Source of the DNA: Vulcanimicrobiota bacterium
Lineage (GTDB): Bacteria > Vulcanimicrobiota > Vulcanimicrobiia > Vulcanimicrobiales > Vulcanimicrobiaceae
NCBI GenBank assembly: GCA_963733295.1
Contig: CAVTCS010000003.1
Coordinates: 2,368,001-2,432,000 of the forward strand
DNA: 64,000 bases
Reading direction: 5' to 3'
The position numbers were made by a program, and so were the translations under genes. Below are positions 1 to 10,066 of the stretch, in pieces (the stretch's first letter is position 1; every line of letters starts with the position of its first letter). The notes beneath the pieces are model-generated. The model did not search any database and was not told the DNA's origin. It saw only the letters and a program-made list of their open reading frames with translations.

Positions 1-609
1 CGGAATCCGCAGGCGAACGGGGGCACCGTGGTCGGCATCGATGGGCTTGTCGTTGAGGTCGAGCGCGAGCAACGTCTGGGGATGCGCGGCTTGGTGCAAG
101 TTTAAGCTCTCGTAGTACGGGTTGCCGGAGTCGTCGCGATCGAAGCAGTGGAACACGACGTAGCGCGCGTCGGGTGTGGGTTTCACGAGCGCTAAGATGG
201 AGGCGACGGGAACGCCGCCCCATTTGCCGATGGCGCTCCAGCCCTCGACGCAGTCGTGTCGCGTGATTTGGTTGAGGGAACTGAGCGCGCGCAGCTCGCT
301 CAGCGTGAAGTTTTGCGGCCGTTCGACCTTTCCGGTAACCGCGAGGCTATAGGTTGCGAAGTTTTCGCGGAGCAAGGCTTGATAGCGCGAGTCGGACGGC
401 GTCGCCAAGCCGTTGACGCGGAATTCCCGGTCGACGTCCCGTTCGGAATACAGCTGGGCTTTGCCGCGCGTGCCGATCACGAAGTGGTTGAGTCCCTCGG
501 CGGAATCGATGATCCGCATCACCCCGCCGTTTTCGGTCAACCCGTTGGTGACGGAACTGCAGCCTGCCAGCAGCGCGCTGCTGCCGGCGAGAAAAAGGCG
601 GCGCTTCAC
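1..609 (-). CDS. Molybdopterin-dependent oxidoreductase, MsrP/YedY/sulfite-oxidase-like, Tat lipoprotein (3' end outside window)
   Basis: Manual translation from GTG at 609, which overlaps the upstream stop: KRRLFL...LLAGC leader, then RHDCVEGWSAIGKWGGVP, HPQTLLA and HGAPVRLRIP. The frame is open to the window edge. Confidence 0.85.
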   Translation of the reverse strand, partial: MKRRLFLAGSSALLAGCSSVTNGLTENGGVMRIIDSAEGLNHFVIGTRGKAQLYSERDVDREFRVNGLATPSDSRYQALLRENFATYSLAVTGKVERPQNFTLSELRALSSLNQITRHDCVEGWSAIGKWGGVPVASILALVKPTPDARYVVFHCFDRDDSGNPYYESLNLHQAAHPQTLLALDLNDKPIDADHGAPVRLRIP

Positions 610-1463
610 GGCCCCAATCCTTCGTGATGACCGAGCCGGTACTTTCCGCTGATCATCGAGCGCATGTTGTTCAAGAATCCCGTGCTCAGTACCAAAATCA
701 CGTGCGTGAAGAAAAACCCGATGAGAGCCAGCATGAACGCGAAATGCCAGAGTCGCGCGAATTGACGTCCGCCGAAAATCCAGGTCAACGGATGTGCAAA
801 CGCATCGATTCCAGGTGAAAGCGCCAGGCCCGAGAGCACGATCAGGGGCGAGAAAACGAACAGCACGAGGGTGTACGCCATTTTTTGGAGCGGATTGTAC
901 TTGCCGTAGTGCGGCGGATCCCGGCGCAGCCGTAGATAGTACAGCTGCATGGGCAGCAACTTCGGAATATCCGACGGGCGCAGCACGATCAGCCGAAGGT
1001 CCTTGCGCAACACGCCGCTTACGAAGTACGCGAACCCTGCCGCGACGAAAATCCAGCTGAAGAACAAATGCCAGCGCCGGCCGCTGCTGAGATCTTGAAA
1101 CCCCGGTAACGTAATCCAACCCGGAAAGGCGCGTGGTGCGAGTCCGCCCATGCCGTCATCGGTGTAACCCAGCAGGTTCCCCGCCGGCACGCGCAAGCCG
1201 AAGAGTTGAACGTAGCCGGAGGCCTGGCCGGCGGCGTCTTGCACCGCGTCGATGGCGAGGACGCGACGCGCCGGGTCGCTTTTGTTCGAGGCGTCGAGGT
1301 ACGGGGCGGCATTGAAGATTTGCAAGCCGCTCATAACTAAAGCGAAGAAGGCGAGCGCCCCAACCCAATGGCTCAGCCGCGTCGTCACGGAGTGGCGAAG
1401 GACGAGCGCATCGCTCGCTCGAGTGGCCGCGCGCACGGGGACGCCCCCTGCCGTGGAATCCAT
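606..1463 (-). CDS. Cytochrome b/b6-domain membrane protein (Ni/Fe-hydrogenase cyt b / YdhU-like), probable partner of the molybdoenzyme
   Basis: Motifs RLSHW, SGLQIFNA, RRWHLFF, KYNPLQKMAY and ARLWHF. Start placed at ATG 1463 (MDSTAGG) after AAGGGG. Confidence 0.85.
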   Translation of the reverse strand: MDSTAGGVPVRAATRASDALVLRHSVTTRLSHWVGALAFFALVMSGLQIFNAAPYLDASNKSDPARRVLAIDAVQDAAGQASGYVQLFGLRVPAGNLLGYTDDGMGGLAPRAFPGWITLPGFQDLSSGRRWHLFFSWIFVAAGFAYFVSGVLRKDLRLIVLRPSDIPKLLPMQLYYLRLRRDPPHYGKYNPLQKMAYTLVLFVFSPLIVLSGLALSPGIDAFAHPLTWIFGGRQFARLWHFAFMLALIGFFFTHVILVLSTGFLNNMRSMISGKYRLGHHEGLGP

Positions 1464-1535
1464 ACCCCTTATCCTAACACCCCAGGATACGCGCCGTTGG
1501 TAAGGGAGCCGACAGCTCCCCGCGAAAGCGCTCGA

Positions 1536-2318
1536 ATGCAACCCAAGCACCTGACCGTACGGCGGCACGGGCCGATCGCGCGCGTGACGATGATGCGCCC
1601 GGAGGTGCGCAACGCGTTCAACGCAAGCTTGATCGACGAGCTCCACGAGGCGTTCGAGCTGCTCGGCAGCGAGGGCGACGTGCGGGCGATCGTCCTAGCG
1701 GGTGAGGGCAAGACCTTCTCCGGCGGCGCGGACGTCAACTGGATGCAGGCTTCGCTCGAGCTGACGCTCGAGGAAAACCTCGAGGACGCACGCGCGCTAT
1801 CCCGGATGCTGCGCGCGATCGACACGGCACCGAAACCCGTCATCGGCCGCATCCAGGGCGCCGCACTCGGGGGTGGCGCCGGACTCGCCGCAGTGTGCGA
1901 CATCGCAATTGCGAGCGACGACGCGACGTTCGGTTTTACCGAGTCGAAACTCGGCATCCTCCCGGCTATCATCTCGCCTTTCGTCATCGCAAAGATCGGT
2001 CTCGGTCAGATGCGCGCGCTCGGGCTGACCGGCGAGCGCTTCAGCGCACACCACGCGCGCACGATCGGGCTCGTGCACGAGGTCGTTCCGGAGAGCGAGC
2101 TCGACTCCGCGGTCGAGCGCATCGCGAAGACGGTCCTTTCGGCGAGCCCGAGCGCGATCGCCGAGGCGAAAGAACTGTTCGCTCGCGTCGCACAGACGCC
2201 GTACGACGACACGCTCGAGCTCACCGCGAAGAGCATTGCCGCACAGCGAACCAGCCCAGAAGGACAAGAGGGCCTGCGCGCGTTTCTCGAAAAGCGGCGG
2301 CCCGCTTGGATGGAGTGA
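1536..2318 (+). CDS. liuC: Enoyl-CoA hydratase, likely methylglutaconyl-CoA hydratase
   Basis: Crotonase motifs RPEVRNAF, FSGGAD, GGGAGL and FTESKLGILP. Directly upstream of the MCC alpha subunit and HMG-CoA lyase. Confidence 0.8.
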   Translation: MQPKHLTVRRHGPIARVTMMRPEVRNAFNASLIDELHEAFELLGSEGDVRAIVLAGEGKTFSGGADVNWMQASLELTLEENLEDARALSRMLRAIDTAPKPVIGRIQGAALGGGAGLAAVCDIAIASDDATFGFTESKLGILPAIISPFVIAKIGLGQMRALGLTGERFSAHHARTIGLVHEVVPESELDSAVERIAKTVLSASPSAIAEAKELFARVAQTPYDDTLELTAKSIAAQRTSPEGQEGLRAFLEKRRPAWME

Positions 2319-4257
2319 ACGAAGCTCGTCCCATCCACCGTCTGCTGATCGCCAACCGCGGGGAAATCGCAGTTCGTATTGCGCGAGCAGCACGCGAAGC
2401 GGGCATCGTTCCGCTCGGAATCTATTCGGAAGCCGACGCGCACGCGTTTCATCTGAGCGCGATGGACGACGCGGTCTGCATCGGTCCCGCGCCCGCGAGC
2501 GAATCGTACTTGAACGTCGCGCGCGTAATTGGCGCTCTCGTCGAGCTGCGCGCCGACGCCCTGCATCCGGGTTACGGTTTTCTTTCCGAGCAGGCGCGCT
2601 TCGCGCGAGCGGTGCGCGACGCCGGCGCCGTCTTCGTCGGTCCGCCGCCCGAGGCGATCGAGGCGATGGGAGACAAGAGCGCCGCAAAGCGATTGGTGAA
2701 GGCGCACGGCGTTCCGGTGCTGCCCGGTTACGACGGCGACGACCAGTCACCCGAACGCTTGCGCGCCGAGGCGCAAAAGATCGGTGCGCCGCTGGTCGTT
2801 AAAGCGACCGCCGGCGGCGGCGGACGCGGTTTGCGCGTCGTGAACGACCTGCGCGACTTCGACGAAGCGCTCGCATCCGCGAAGCGCGAAGCCGCCGGCG
2901 CGTTCGGCGACGAGCGCATGCTGCTCGAGCGTTACGTGGTTCGTCCGCGTCACATCGAATTCCAGATCTTAGCCGACGCTCGCGGCACCACGATTCACTT
3001 CGGGGAGCGCGAGTGCTCGATTCAACGACGGCATCAGAAGTTGATCGAGGAGGCGCCGTCGGTCGCGCTCGGGCCGGCTCTGCGCGACGAGATGGGCGCG
3101 GCCGCGGTGCGCGCCGCTCGCGCGGCCGGCTACGTCAACGCAGGCACCGTAGAGTTTTTGCTCGACGAGAGCGGCGCGTACTACTTCCTTGAAATGAACG
3201 CGCGACTGCAGGTCGAGCATCCCGTCACGGAAGCGGTCTACGGGATCGACCTCGTGCGGTTGCAGCTTGCGATCGCCGGCGGCGCGGCGCTGGAGACGAC
3301 TCAAGCGAACGTCGCCGCGCGAGGCTGGGCGATCGAGGCTCGGATCAACGCCGAAGATCCCGCCTCGGCCTATCTGCCGGCCACCGGCACGATCTCGCGC
3401 TGGGAAACGCCCGGCGGTCCGGGCATTCGCGTCGACGCCGGCGTCCGCGCGGGTAGCGACGTTTCGATTTACTACGATTCACTTTTGGCGAAGCTCATCG
3501 CTTGGGGACCCGATCGTCAAAGCGCCGTCGGGCGTTTGACCGGCGCGCTCGAGACCTTTCGCGTCGACGGCGTGCCGACGAATCTGCCGCTCCAGTTGCG
3601 CATCGCGCGCGACGTGACGTTTCGAGCCGGTTACACGACGACCGCGTTCCTGACCGAGCACGAGAATTTCATGTCGCCGGATCCTGCCGGAGAGCCCGAC
3701 GAGGCGTTCTTGCTCGGAATCGGCGCGGTGTTGCGCGATTCGCGCTCTTGGAGACTCGGGAGCGTCGGAATTCCGGTCACCTTGCGCGGCCGGCGACGCC
3801 ACGTCGCGGTCGTCGCCTCACGTATCGGCGAGGCCGGCGAGTGGCGGCTCGAGGGCGATCTTCAGGGCGAAGCCGGCTTCGAGTGGGCGGATGAGCGCGT
3901 CACCGTCCGCAGCGCCGAAGCCCGCTGCAGCGGGCGCGCCGTCACCGTCCCGGACGGCGTCGAAGTTGTGTACGACGGCGAACGATTCGAATTCGCCTTC
4001 GGGCCCCCCCGGCGCTCGGCGGCCGGAGCGGTACTGCCGCGGCGCACGGAAGCGTTACCGCACCCATGCCTGGAAAGATCGTCAACGTCGCCGTCTCGGC
4101 AGGCGACTCGGTCGCCGAACGTGATCTCCTGGTCGTCCTCGAAGCCATGAAGATGGAGCACCGCATCGAAGCGAGCCGTCCGGGGGTCGTGAAGAAGGTG
4201 GCCGTGACACCGGGCGCGCTCGTCACCGGCGGCGCGACGCTCGTGGAGTTCGAATGA
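2315..4257 (+). pseudogene. liuD: Methylcrotonyl/acyl-CoA carboxylase alpha subunit (biotin carboxylase + BCCP), frameshifted at the C7 run 4004-4010 (real lesion or sequencing error)
   Basis: LIANRGEIA, HPGYGFLSE, ECSIQRRHQK and EMNARLQVEHPVTE lie in one frame. The BCCP part (APMPGKIV...EAMKME) lies in the -1 frame after GGGCCCCCCC. Confidence 0.8.
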
Positions 4258-5189
4258 AAATGAACGCGCTCTCCCTCTCGACCCTCCCACCTCGCGTCAA
4301 GGTCTGCGAGATGGGCCCGCGTGACGGCTTGCAAAACGAGGCCGGGGTCGTCGCGACGAGCGACAAGATCCGCTACATCGACTTGCTTTCGGCCAGTGGT
4401 TTGGCGCTCATCGAAGCGACCTCGTTCGTCCGGCCGGATGCGATTCCGCAGCTGAACGATGCCGAGGCGGTGATGGCCGGAATCGCGCAGCGTCCGGGCG
4501 TGACCTATCCGTGCCTGGTTCCCAACATGCGCGGATTCGAACGAGCCCGAGCGGCCGGCGTGCGCGCGATCGGCGTCTTCACCGCGGCCTCGGAGACCTT
4601 CACCAAACACAACATCAACATGACGATCGACGAATCGCTGGCCACCTTCCGGGATGTCGTGACCGCGGCTCGCCACGACGATATCTGGGTGCGCGCCTAC
4701 ATTTCGACGGCCTTCGGGTGTCCGTACGAAGGCCGCGTTGCGCCGGAGAACGTGGTGCACGTCGCCGACGCGCTCGCTGAAATGGGGGTCGACGAGCTTT
4801 CGATCGGCGACACGATCGGAGTCGCTACGCCGAATCAAGTGGTCGAGGTGTGCGCGGCACTCGAGGCGCACGTGCCCGTCGAGCGTCTTGCCATGCACTT
4901 CCACGATACGCGCGGAACGGCGCTCGCCAACGTTCTTGCCGCACTTCAGATGAACGTCGCGATCTTCGACTCGTCGAGTGCCGGGCTCGGCGGTTGCCCC
5001 TACGCTCCCGGCGCCTCCGGGAATCTCGCGACCGAAGACCTCCTCTACCTGCTGCACGGAATGGGAATCGAAACGGGCGTCGAGCTCGAACGCGTGCGCG
5101 ACGCGTCGCGTTTCATCAGCAGCATTTTGGGCCGGCCGATTCCTTCGCGAACGTACCAAGCGCTCGAAGCACAGCTCGCGCGCGCGTGA
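4254..5189 (+). CDS. liuE: Hydroxymethylglutaryl-CoA lyase
   Basis: Motifs EMGPRDGLQNE, HFHDTRG and GLGGCPYAPGASGNLATED. Confidence 0.92.
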   Translation: MKMNALSLSTLPPRVKVCEMGPRDGLQNEAGVVATSDKIRYIDLLSASGLALIEATSFVRPDAIPQLNDAEAVMAGIAQRPGVTYPCLVPNMRGFERARAAGVRAIGVFTAASETFTKHNINMTIDESLATFRDVVTAARHDDIWVRAYISTAFGCPYEGRVAPENVVHVADALAEMGVDELSIGDTIGVATPNQVVEVCAALEAHVPVERLAMHFHDTRGTALANVLAALQMNVAIFDSSSAGLGGCPYAPGASGNLATEDLLYLLHGMGIETGVELERVRDASRFISSILGRPIPSRTYQALEAQLARA

Positions 5190-6394
5190 ACGGAGATCGC
5201 TTCCCCGCGGTGATGGCGGCAGCCGCACACGGACGAATCCTCCTCGACAACGCCGCGGGAACGCAACTTCCGGACACGGCGCTGGAACGCATTCAGCGCT
5301 ACCTCGCTTACGACAACGCGCAAAAGGGATCCATCTTTGCGCGCACCGAGTCGACGACGGCGATGGTCGATCAGGCGAAAGCCGAGTTCGCGGCGCTCGT
5401 CGGCGCCCCGCCGGCACAAGTGGGGATCGGAGCCAACGCAACCTCCGTCGCACTCGCCTTTTCGCGCATCATCGCGAGCTCGATTCAAAAGGGCGACCGC
5501 ATTGTCGTGACGGCCGCCGACCACGAAGCGAACATCGCACCCTGGATCTGGCTGCGCCGTTTTGGCGCACAGATCGACGTCGTACCGGTCGACGCTCACG
5601 GCGACCTGGACGAAACGCGCTTGGCGGCGTACTTGCTGCGCGCGCCGGTGCTGGTCGCGCTTCCCTGGGCCTCGAACGTGACGGGCACCGTCTTCGACGT
5701 CGTACGTTACGCGCAAGCCGCCAAACGCGCCGGTGCGACCGTCGTCGTCGACGCGGTGCAGGCGTTTCCTCACTTTCCGCTCGAACTCGACCCGGCGATC
5801 GATCTCGCGTTTTTCTCCGCCTACAAGATCTACGCGCCGCACGCGGGTTTCTGGTACGCGAGCCGCAGAGTCTTCGACCGTTACGTTCGCGCCGACGACG
5901 CGATGGTACCCGGAAGCGATGCGCGCTACTGGACGCTCGAAACCGGAACGCAAAGCTACGAGGCGATGGCCGGCTGGCTCGGCACCCTCGACTACTTCCG
6001 CGCGGTCGCAGCGACGCCGCGGTTCGCACTAGAGACGATCGCGCGTTACGAACGCGAGCTCTGCGCGTACGCCGGCGCGAAATTCGCCGATCGGGCAGGC
6101 GACGTCCGCCTCTACGGCCGGCCACCCGGAGCGGAGCGCCTCCCGGTGTACGCGTTTACGATCGCGTCGCTGTCGAGCGACGAACTGGCGCAGCGCTTCG
6201 AACGCGCGAACATCGAGGCGCGCGTCGGCGACTTCTATTCGCCGCGCCTGATGCAGGCGCTGGCTCCCGAGGGCGGGGGCCGTGCCGTCCGCTTGAGCTT
6301 CGCTCACTATAATACCAGCGACGACGTCGACCGCTGCTTCGACGTCATCGACGCGGCGGTCGGGCACGCCGGCGTAGAATCGCTCAAAGTTTGA
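5186..6394 (+). CDS. Class V PLP-dependent aminotransferase / cysteine desulfurase-like protein
   Basis: Motifs LDNAAGTQ, DHEANIAPW, VDAVQ, SAYK (PLP Lys), ETGT and VRLSFAHYN. GTG start overlaps the liuE stop. Confidence 0.8.
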   Translation: MNGDRFPAVMAAAAHGRILLDNAAGTQLPDTALERIQRYLAYDNAQKGSIFARTESTTAMVDQAKAEFAALVGAPPAQVGIGANATSVALAFSRIIASSIQKGDRIVVTAADHEANIAPWIWLRRFGAQIDVVPVDAHGDLDETRLAAYLLRAPVLVALPWASNVTGTVFDVVRYAQAAKRAGATVVVDAVQAFPHFPLELDPAIDLAFFSAYKIYAPHAGFWYASRRVFDRYVRADDAMVPGSDARYWTLETGTQSYEAMAGWLGTLDYFRAVAATPRFALETIARYERELCAYAGAKFADRAGDVRLYGRPPGAERLPVYAFTIASLSSDELAQRFERANIEARVGDFYSPRLMQALAPEGGGRAVRLSFAHYNTSDDVDRCFDVIDAAVGHAGVESLKV

Positions 6395-7146
6395 AGGATA
6401 TCGACTCGATCGGACGCTTCTCGGTGCGCGCGGACGACTACGCGAAGTTTCGTCCATCCTATCCGCCGGCGGCCATCGATGCGATTCTCGAGGGTCTGGG
6501 CGAGGCAGCGGCCCTCGATATCGTCGACATCGGTGCGGGCACCGGAATCTCGCTGCGCTTGCTGGGCGAACGTGGTTGTCGCGCAATCGGCATCGAACCG
6601 GGACACGAAATGCGCGAACGGGCCGAAGCCGCGGGACTCGATGTCCGCGAGGGAACCGCCTCGAACACGGGCTTGCCGCCGGAGTCTTGCGACATCGTCA
6701 CCGCCTTTCAAGCTTTTCATTGGTTTGCAAACGACGAAGCCGTCGCGGAACTCTCCCGGATCTTGCGTCCCGGCGGACGGTTGGCGCTGGTCTGGAATCA
6801 CTTCGATCGAAGCGATCCGTTCAGCGAAGAGTTCTCCGCTCTCCACGAGCGTTACGGTGAGGCGGCGATGATCGCGGCTCTCGGTGTCGACGCGAAGAAG
6901 ATCGAGGACGTCGTCCGTCGAGGCGGTTTTCGCGACGGACGGCGGCTGACGTTTCGGTGGAAACTCGACTGCGATTTGGATGCGCTTGCCGGCCGCCTGC
7001 GCAGTTCGTCTTCGACTCCGCGCGCGGGCGAACGCTACGAGTCGATGCTCGACGAACTCGCCACGATTCATTCGCGGTTTGCGCGGGCCGGCGGACTCGT
7101 CAGCGTGGCTTACTATGCCGGCGTCTACTTGAGCGAGAAGCCGTGA
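6391..7146 (+). CDS. Class I SAM-dependent methyltransferase
   Basis: Motifs YAKFRPSYP, DIGAGTG, QAFHWF and LRPGG. Confidence 0.85.
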   Translation: MKDIDSIGRFSVRADDYAKFRPSYPPAAIDAILEGLGEAAALDIVDIGAGTGISLRLLGERGCRAIGIEPGHEMRERAEAAGLDVREGTASNTGLPPESCDIVTAFQAFHWFANDEAVAELSRILRPGGRLALVWNHFDRSDPFSEEFSALHERYGEAAMIAALGVDAKKIEDVVRRGGFRDGRRLTFRWKLDCDLDALAGRLRSSSSTPRAGERYESMLDELATIHSRFARAGGLVSVAYYAGVYLSEKP

Positions 7147-8321
7147 CGCTGGCCGTCAAGTTTGGAACCCTTCATCATAATACCGGCGGCGAGCCCCACC
7201 GGAACGGCGTTCTCGTTATCGAGGGCGAGCGTATCGCTTCCATCGGCGGCGACGTGCCGTCCGGCGCGCACGTGGTCGAAGCGGCCTGCGTCGTTCCCGG
7301 GCTGATCAATTGTCACGCGCACCTCGAGCTGGACGGCGGCACCGACACGATGACGCTCACCGTGTTGACGACACCGACGCAACGCGCGTACGTCGCGGCG
7401 GGCAACGCGCGCAAGACGCTCGAGTCCGGCGTCACGACGATCCGCGAGCCGGGTGGTTCGGAGAATCTCTCGATCGATTTGCGCGATTCGATTGCCGCCG
7501 GTGCTTCGGCCGGTCCCACGATCGTCGCGGCCGGACGGCCGATCTGTATGACCGGCGGCCACGGCTGGCAATTGGGCGGCCGCGAAGCCGACGGACCGTG
7601 GGACGTGCGCACTGCCGTACGCGAGCAGCGCAAAGCCGGCGCCGACTGCATCAAATTCATCGCGACCGGCGGCGTCCTCACGAAGGGAGCGGTTCCCGGC
7701 ATCGACCAGCTCTCCGAAGACGAGCTGCGGGCCGGCATCGAGGAGGCGCACAAGCATGGAATGCGCTGCGCGGCGCACGCGATCGGAACGAGCGGCATCA
7801 AGAACGCGATCCGCGCCGGCGTCGATTCGATCGAGCACGGACACCTCATCGACGACGAAGGCATCGCTTTGGCTCTCGAACGCGGGACCTACATCGTGCC
7901 GACGCTGGCCGCGATCCGCTGCATCGTCGATGCCGGCGCCGACGCAGGCTTACCCGACTTCGTTCTCCGCAAAGCGCGCGAAATCGCCGAGCACGCCGAA
8001 GGGAATCTGCGCCGAGCGCGTGCGGCGGGGGTCCGCTTCGCCGGCGGCTCGGATGCCGGCACGCCGTTCAACTACCACGAGAACTACGCGTTCGAACTCG
8101 AGCTGATGCAGGCGATGCTCGGGATGGGCGCGCGGGAAGCGCTGTTCGCGGCGACCGCCATGGCAGCCGACCTCATTGGCCTCGATCGGGGCCGGCTGCG
8201 AGCCGGGGCGGCGGCCGATTTGGTGCTTCTGGATCGCGATATCGAGGCCGATTCCCGGGCGTTTCGGGAGCCTCGCGCCGTCTTTCGAGGGGGGCGGGAA
8301 GCCCTTGGAAAGCTGCCCTAG
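7143..8321 (+). CDS. Amidohydrolase family protein (Xaa-Pro dipeptidase-like)
   Basis: Motifs PGLINCHAH, TGGHG, GADCIK, AAHA, SIEHG and GSDAG. GTG start overlaps the previous stop. Confidence 0.85.
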   Translation: MTLAVKFGTLHHNTGGEPHRNGVLVIEGERIASIGGDVPSGAHVVEAACVVPGLINCHAHLELDGGTDTMTLTVLTTPTQRAYVAAGNARKTLESGVTTIREPGGSENLSIDLRDSIAAGASAGPTIVAAGRPICMTGGHGWQLGGREADGPWDVRTAVREQRKAGADCIKFIATGGVLTKGAVPGIDQLSEDELRAGIEEAHKHGMRCAAHAIGTSGIKNAIRAGVDSIEHGHLIDDEGIALALERGTYIVPTLAAIRCIVDAGADAGLPDFVLRKAREIAEHAEGNLRRARAAGVRFAGGSDAGTPFNYHENYAFELELMQAMLGMGAREALFAATAMAADLIGLDRGRLRAGAAADLVLLDRDIEADSRAFREPRAVFRGGREALGKLP

Positions 8322-8436
8322 GGCCGCCTAGCGGTGGCATGCCCGCTCGGCGTTCGATCACCCTTCGCTCTTGTTAGAAGGGCAGGACGGCCGGCAGGGG
8401 TAAGGCACGAAGTCCTTCAGTTCTTAAGGGCAGGTC

Positions 8437-10041
8437 ATGGATCCGACGTCGTCCTTCGTCACGGTCGTCATGGTCACGCTTCTGACCGGCGTCGTGACCT
8501 GGTTTTTCTTCCGTAGCAAAATCGACGGAATGAACGCCCAAATCGTCGCGCGCGAGGGCGAGTTGGTTCAAGCTCGCAGCGCGCTGACGCAGGCGACCGA
8601 GAACAACACCGATTTACAGACGCAGCTCCTGGCGGCGCGCACCGAGCAAGCGGGGCTTGCGGAACGTCTGAAGGCCGAGCGCGAATCGTTCGAGCGCGAG
8701 CAGACTTCATTCGAAGCGGCCAAGGCCTCCCTTGTCGACACGTTCCGTTCGGTCGGCGCCGAAGTTCTCGACAGCAATTCGGCCAAGCTGGCCGAAATCG
8801 CGAAGGGCGTATTGGAACGCGAAAACGCCGATACGAAAGGTTCGCTCGAGCAGCGCGATCAGGCGATCGCCGACATCGTCGGACCGGTGAAGGAACAACT
8901 CGAGAAACTCCACGCCGCGGTCGGCGAGATCGAGCGCAAGCGTGAGGGCGCGTACGACGACGTAACGAGTAAGCTCGAATCGTTGATCCGGACCGAAACC
9001 GAGTTGCAGAAAGAGACCACGAACCTCTCGGCCAACACTGCGACCCTTTTGCAAGCTCTCAAAGGTTCGGGCAGCCGCGGCCGCTGGGGCGAGTTCACGT
9101 TGCAGCGCGTCGTCGAGATGGCCGGCATGACCGAGCACTGCGAGTTCGACGTTCAGCCGGCGCAGAACGACGACGACGGCAACAGCGGACCCGACATGAT
9201 CGTGCATTTACCGGGCGGCAGCTACGTCGTGATCGACGCGAAGGTTCCGATGGCCGCGTACATCGACGCGATGGAGGCGGGCGATGAAGTAACGCGCAAC
9301 CTCAAGAGCAAAGAGCACGCGCGCGGCGTTCGCGCGCACGTCGACGCGCTCGCGAAACGCAGCTATATCCGCCCGGATCTGGGATCGCCCGACTTCGTCA
9401 TCATGTTCGTTCCAGGTGAAGGCATCTTGAGCGGCGCTTTTAACGAAGATTCGGACCTGCTCGAATACGCTTACACGCACAAAGTCATCTTCGCCACGCC
9501 CACAAATCTGATCGCCATGCTGCGCACGATCGCGCTCTCGTGGCAGCACCGCGCGCTCCAAGAGGATGCCGCCGAAATCGCGCGCGAGGGCGGCGAACTC
9601 TACGGCCGCCTGGTGGAGTGCGGAAAGTACATCGCGGAGGTGGGCGGCAACCTCAACCGCACGGTTGCGGCGTACAACGACATGGTCGGGAATCTCGAAG
9701 GTCGCGTCATGATCTCGGGCCGGCGTCTGCACGACCGCGCGATCAGTCTCAAGCGCGGCGAAGAAATCCCCGAAGGGCAGCCGCTCGAGACGACGGCGCG
9801 GCCGCTGAGCGCTCCCGAGTTTCTCTCGCTCGAGTCCGGCGACCACGCGGAAGCCACCGCCCTGAATTCCGGCGCGCACGAGTCGAACGGCAGCACCCGG
9901 CACGAATCGAACGGATCTTCGAACGGGTCGAGCCGCAACGGCAGCGCCAGGAGCACCAACGGAAAGCACGATCGTCCGAACGGTCCTCGCGACGTCGCCG
10001 TTTCGGCGCTGCTGAACGTTCTCGGGTTGCTGCGCAAGTAA
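8437..10041 (+). CDS. rmuC: DNA recombination protein RmuC
   Basis: N-terminal TM helix and coiled coil, then RGRWGE, PDMIVHLP, IDAKVP, FVIMFVPGE and TPTNL. Confidence 0.88.
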   Translation: MDPTSSFVTVVMVTLLTGVVTWFFFRSKIDGMNAQIVAREGELVQARSALTQATENNTDLQTQLLAARTEQAGLAERLKAERESFEREQTSFEAAKASLVDTFRSVGAEVLDSNSAKLAEIAKGVLERENADTKGSLEQRDQAIADIVGPVKEQLEKLHAAVGEIERKREGAYDDVTSKLESLIRTETELQKETTNLSANTATLLQALKGSGSRGRWGEFTLQRVVEMAGMTEHCEFDVQPAQNDDDGNSGPDMIVHLPGGSYVVIDAKVPMAAYIDAMEAGDEVTRNLKSKEHARGVRAHVDALAKRSYIRPDLGSPDFVIMFVPGEGILSGAFNEDSDLLEYAYTHKVIFATPTNLIAMLRTIALSWQHRALQEDAAEIAREGGELYGRLVECGKYIAEVGGNLNRTVAAYNDMVGNLEGRVMISGRRLHDRAISLKRGEEIPEGQPLETTARPLSAPEFLSLESGDHAEATALNSGAHESNGSTRHESNGSSNGSSRNGSARSTNGKHDRPNGPRDVAVSALLNVLGLLRK

Positions 10042-10066
10042 TCTGCCGCGCCGCGGCGATACCGGG

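Noticed and set aside
4066..4257. Independent 63-aa BCCP gene
   Set aside because: Its Met is the internal APMPG motif and it has no SD. It is better explained as the frameshifted end of liuD.
8321..8363. tRNA-like fragments (CCTAGCGGT, GTTCGATC) upstream of rmuC
   Set aside because: Too short, and no cloverleaf can be built.
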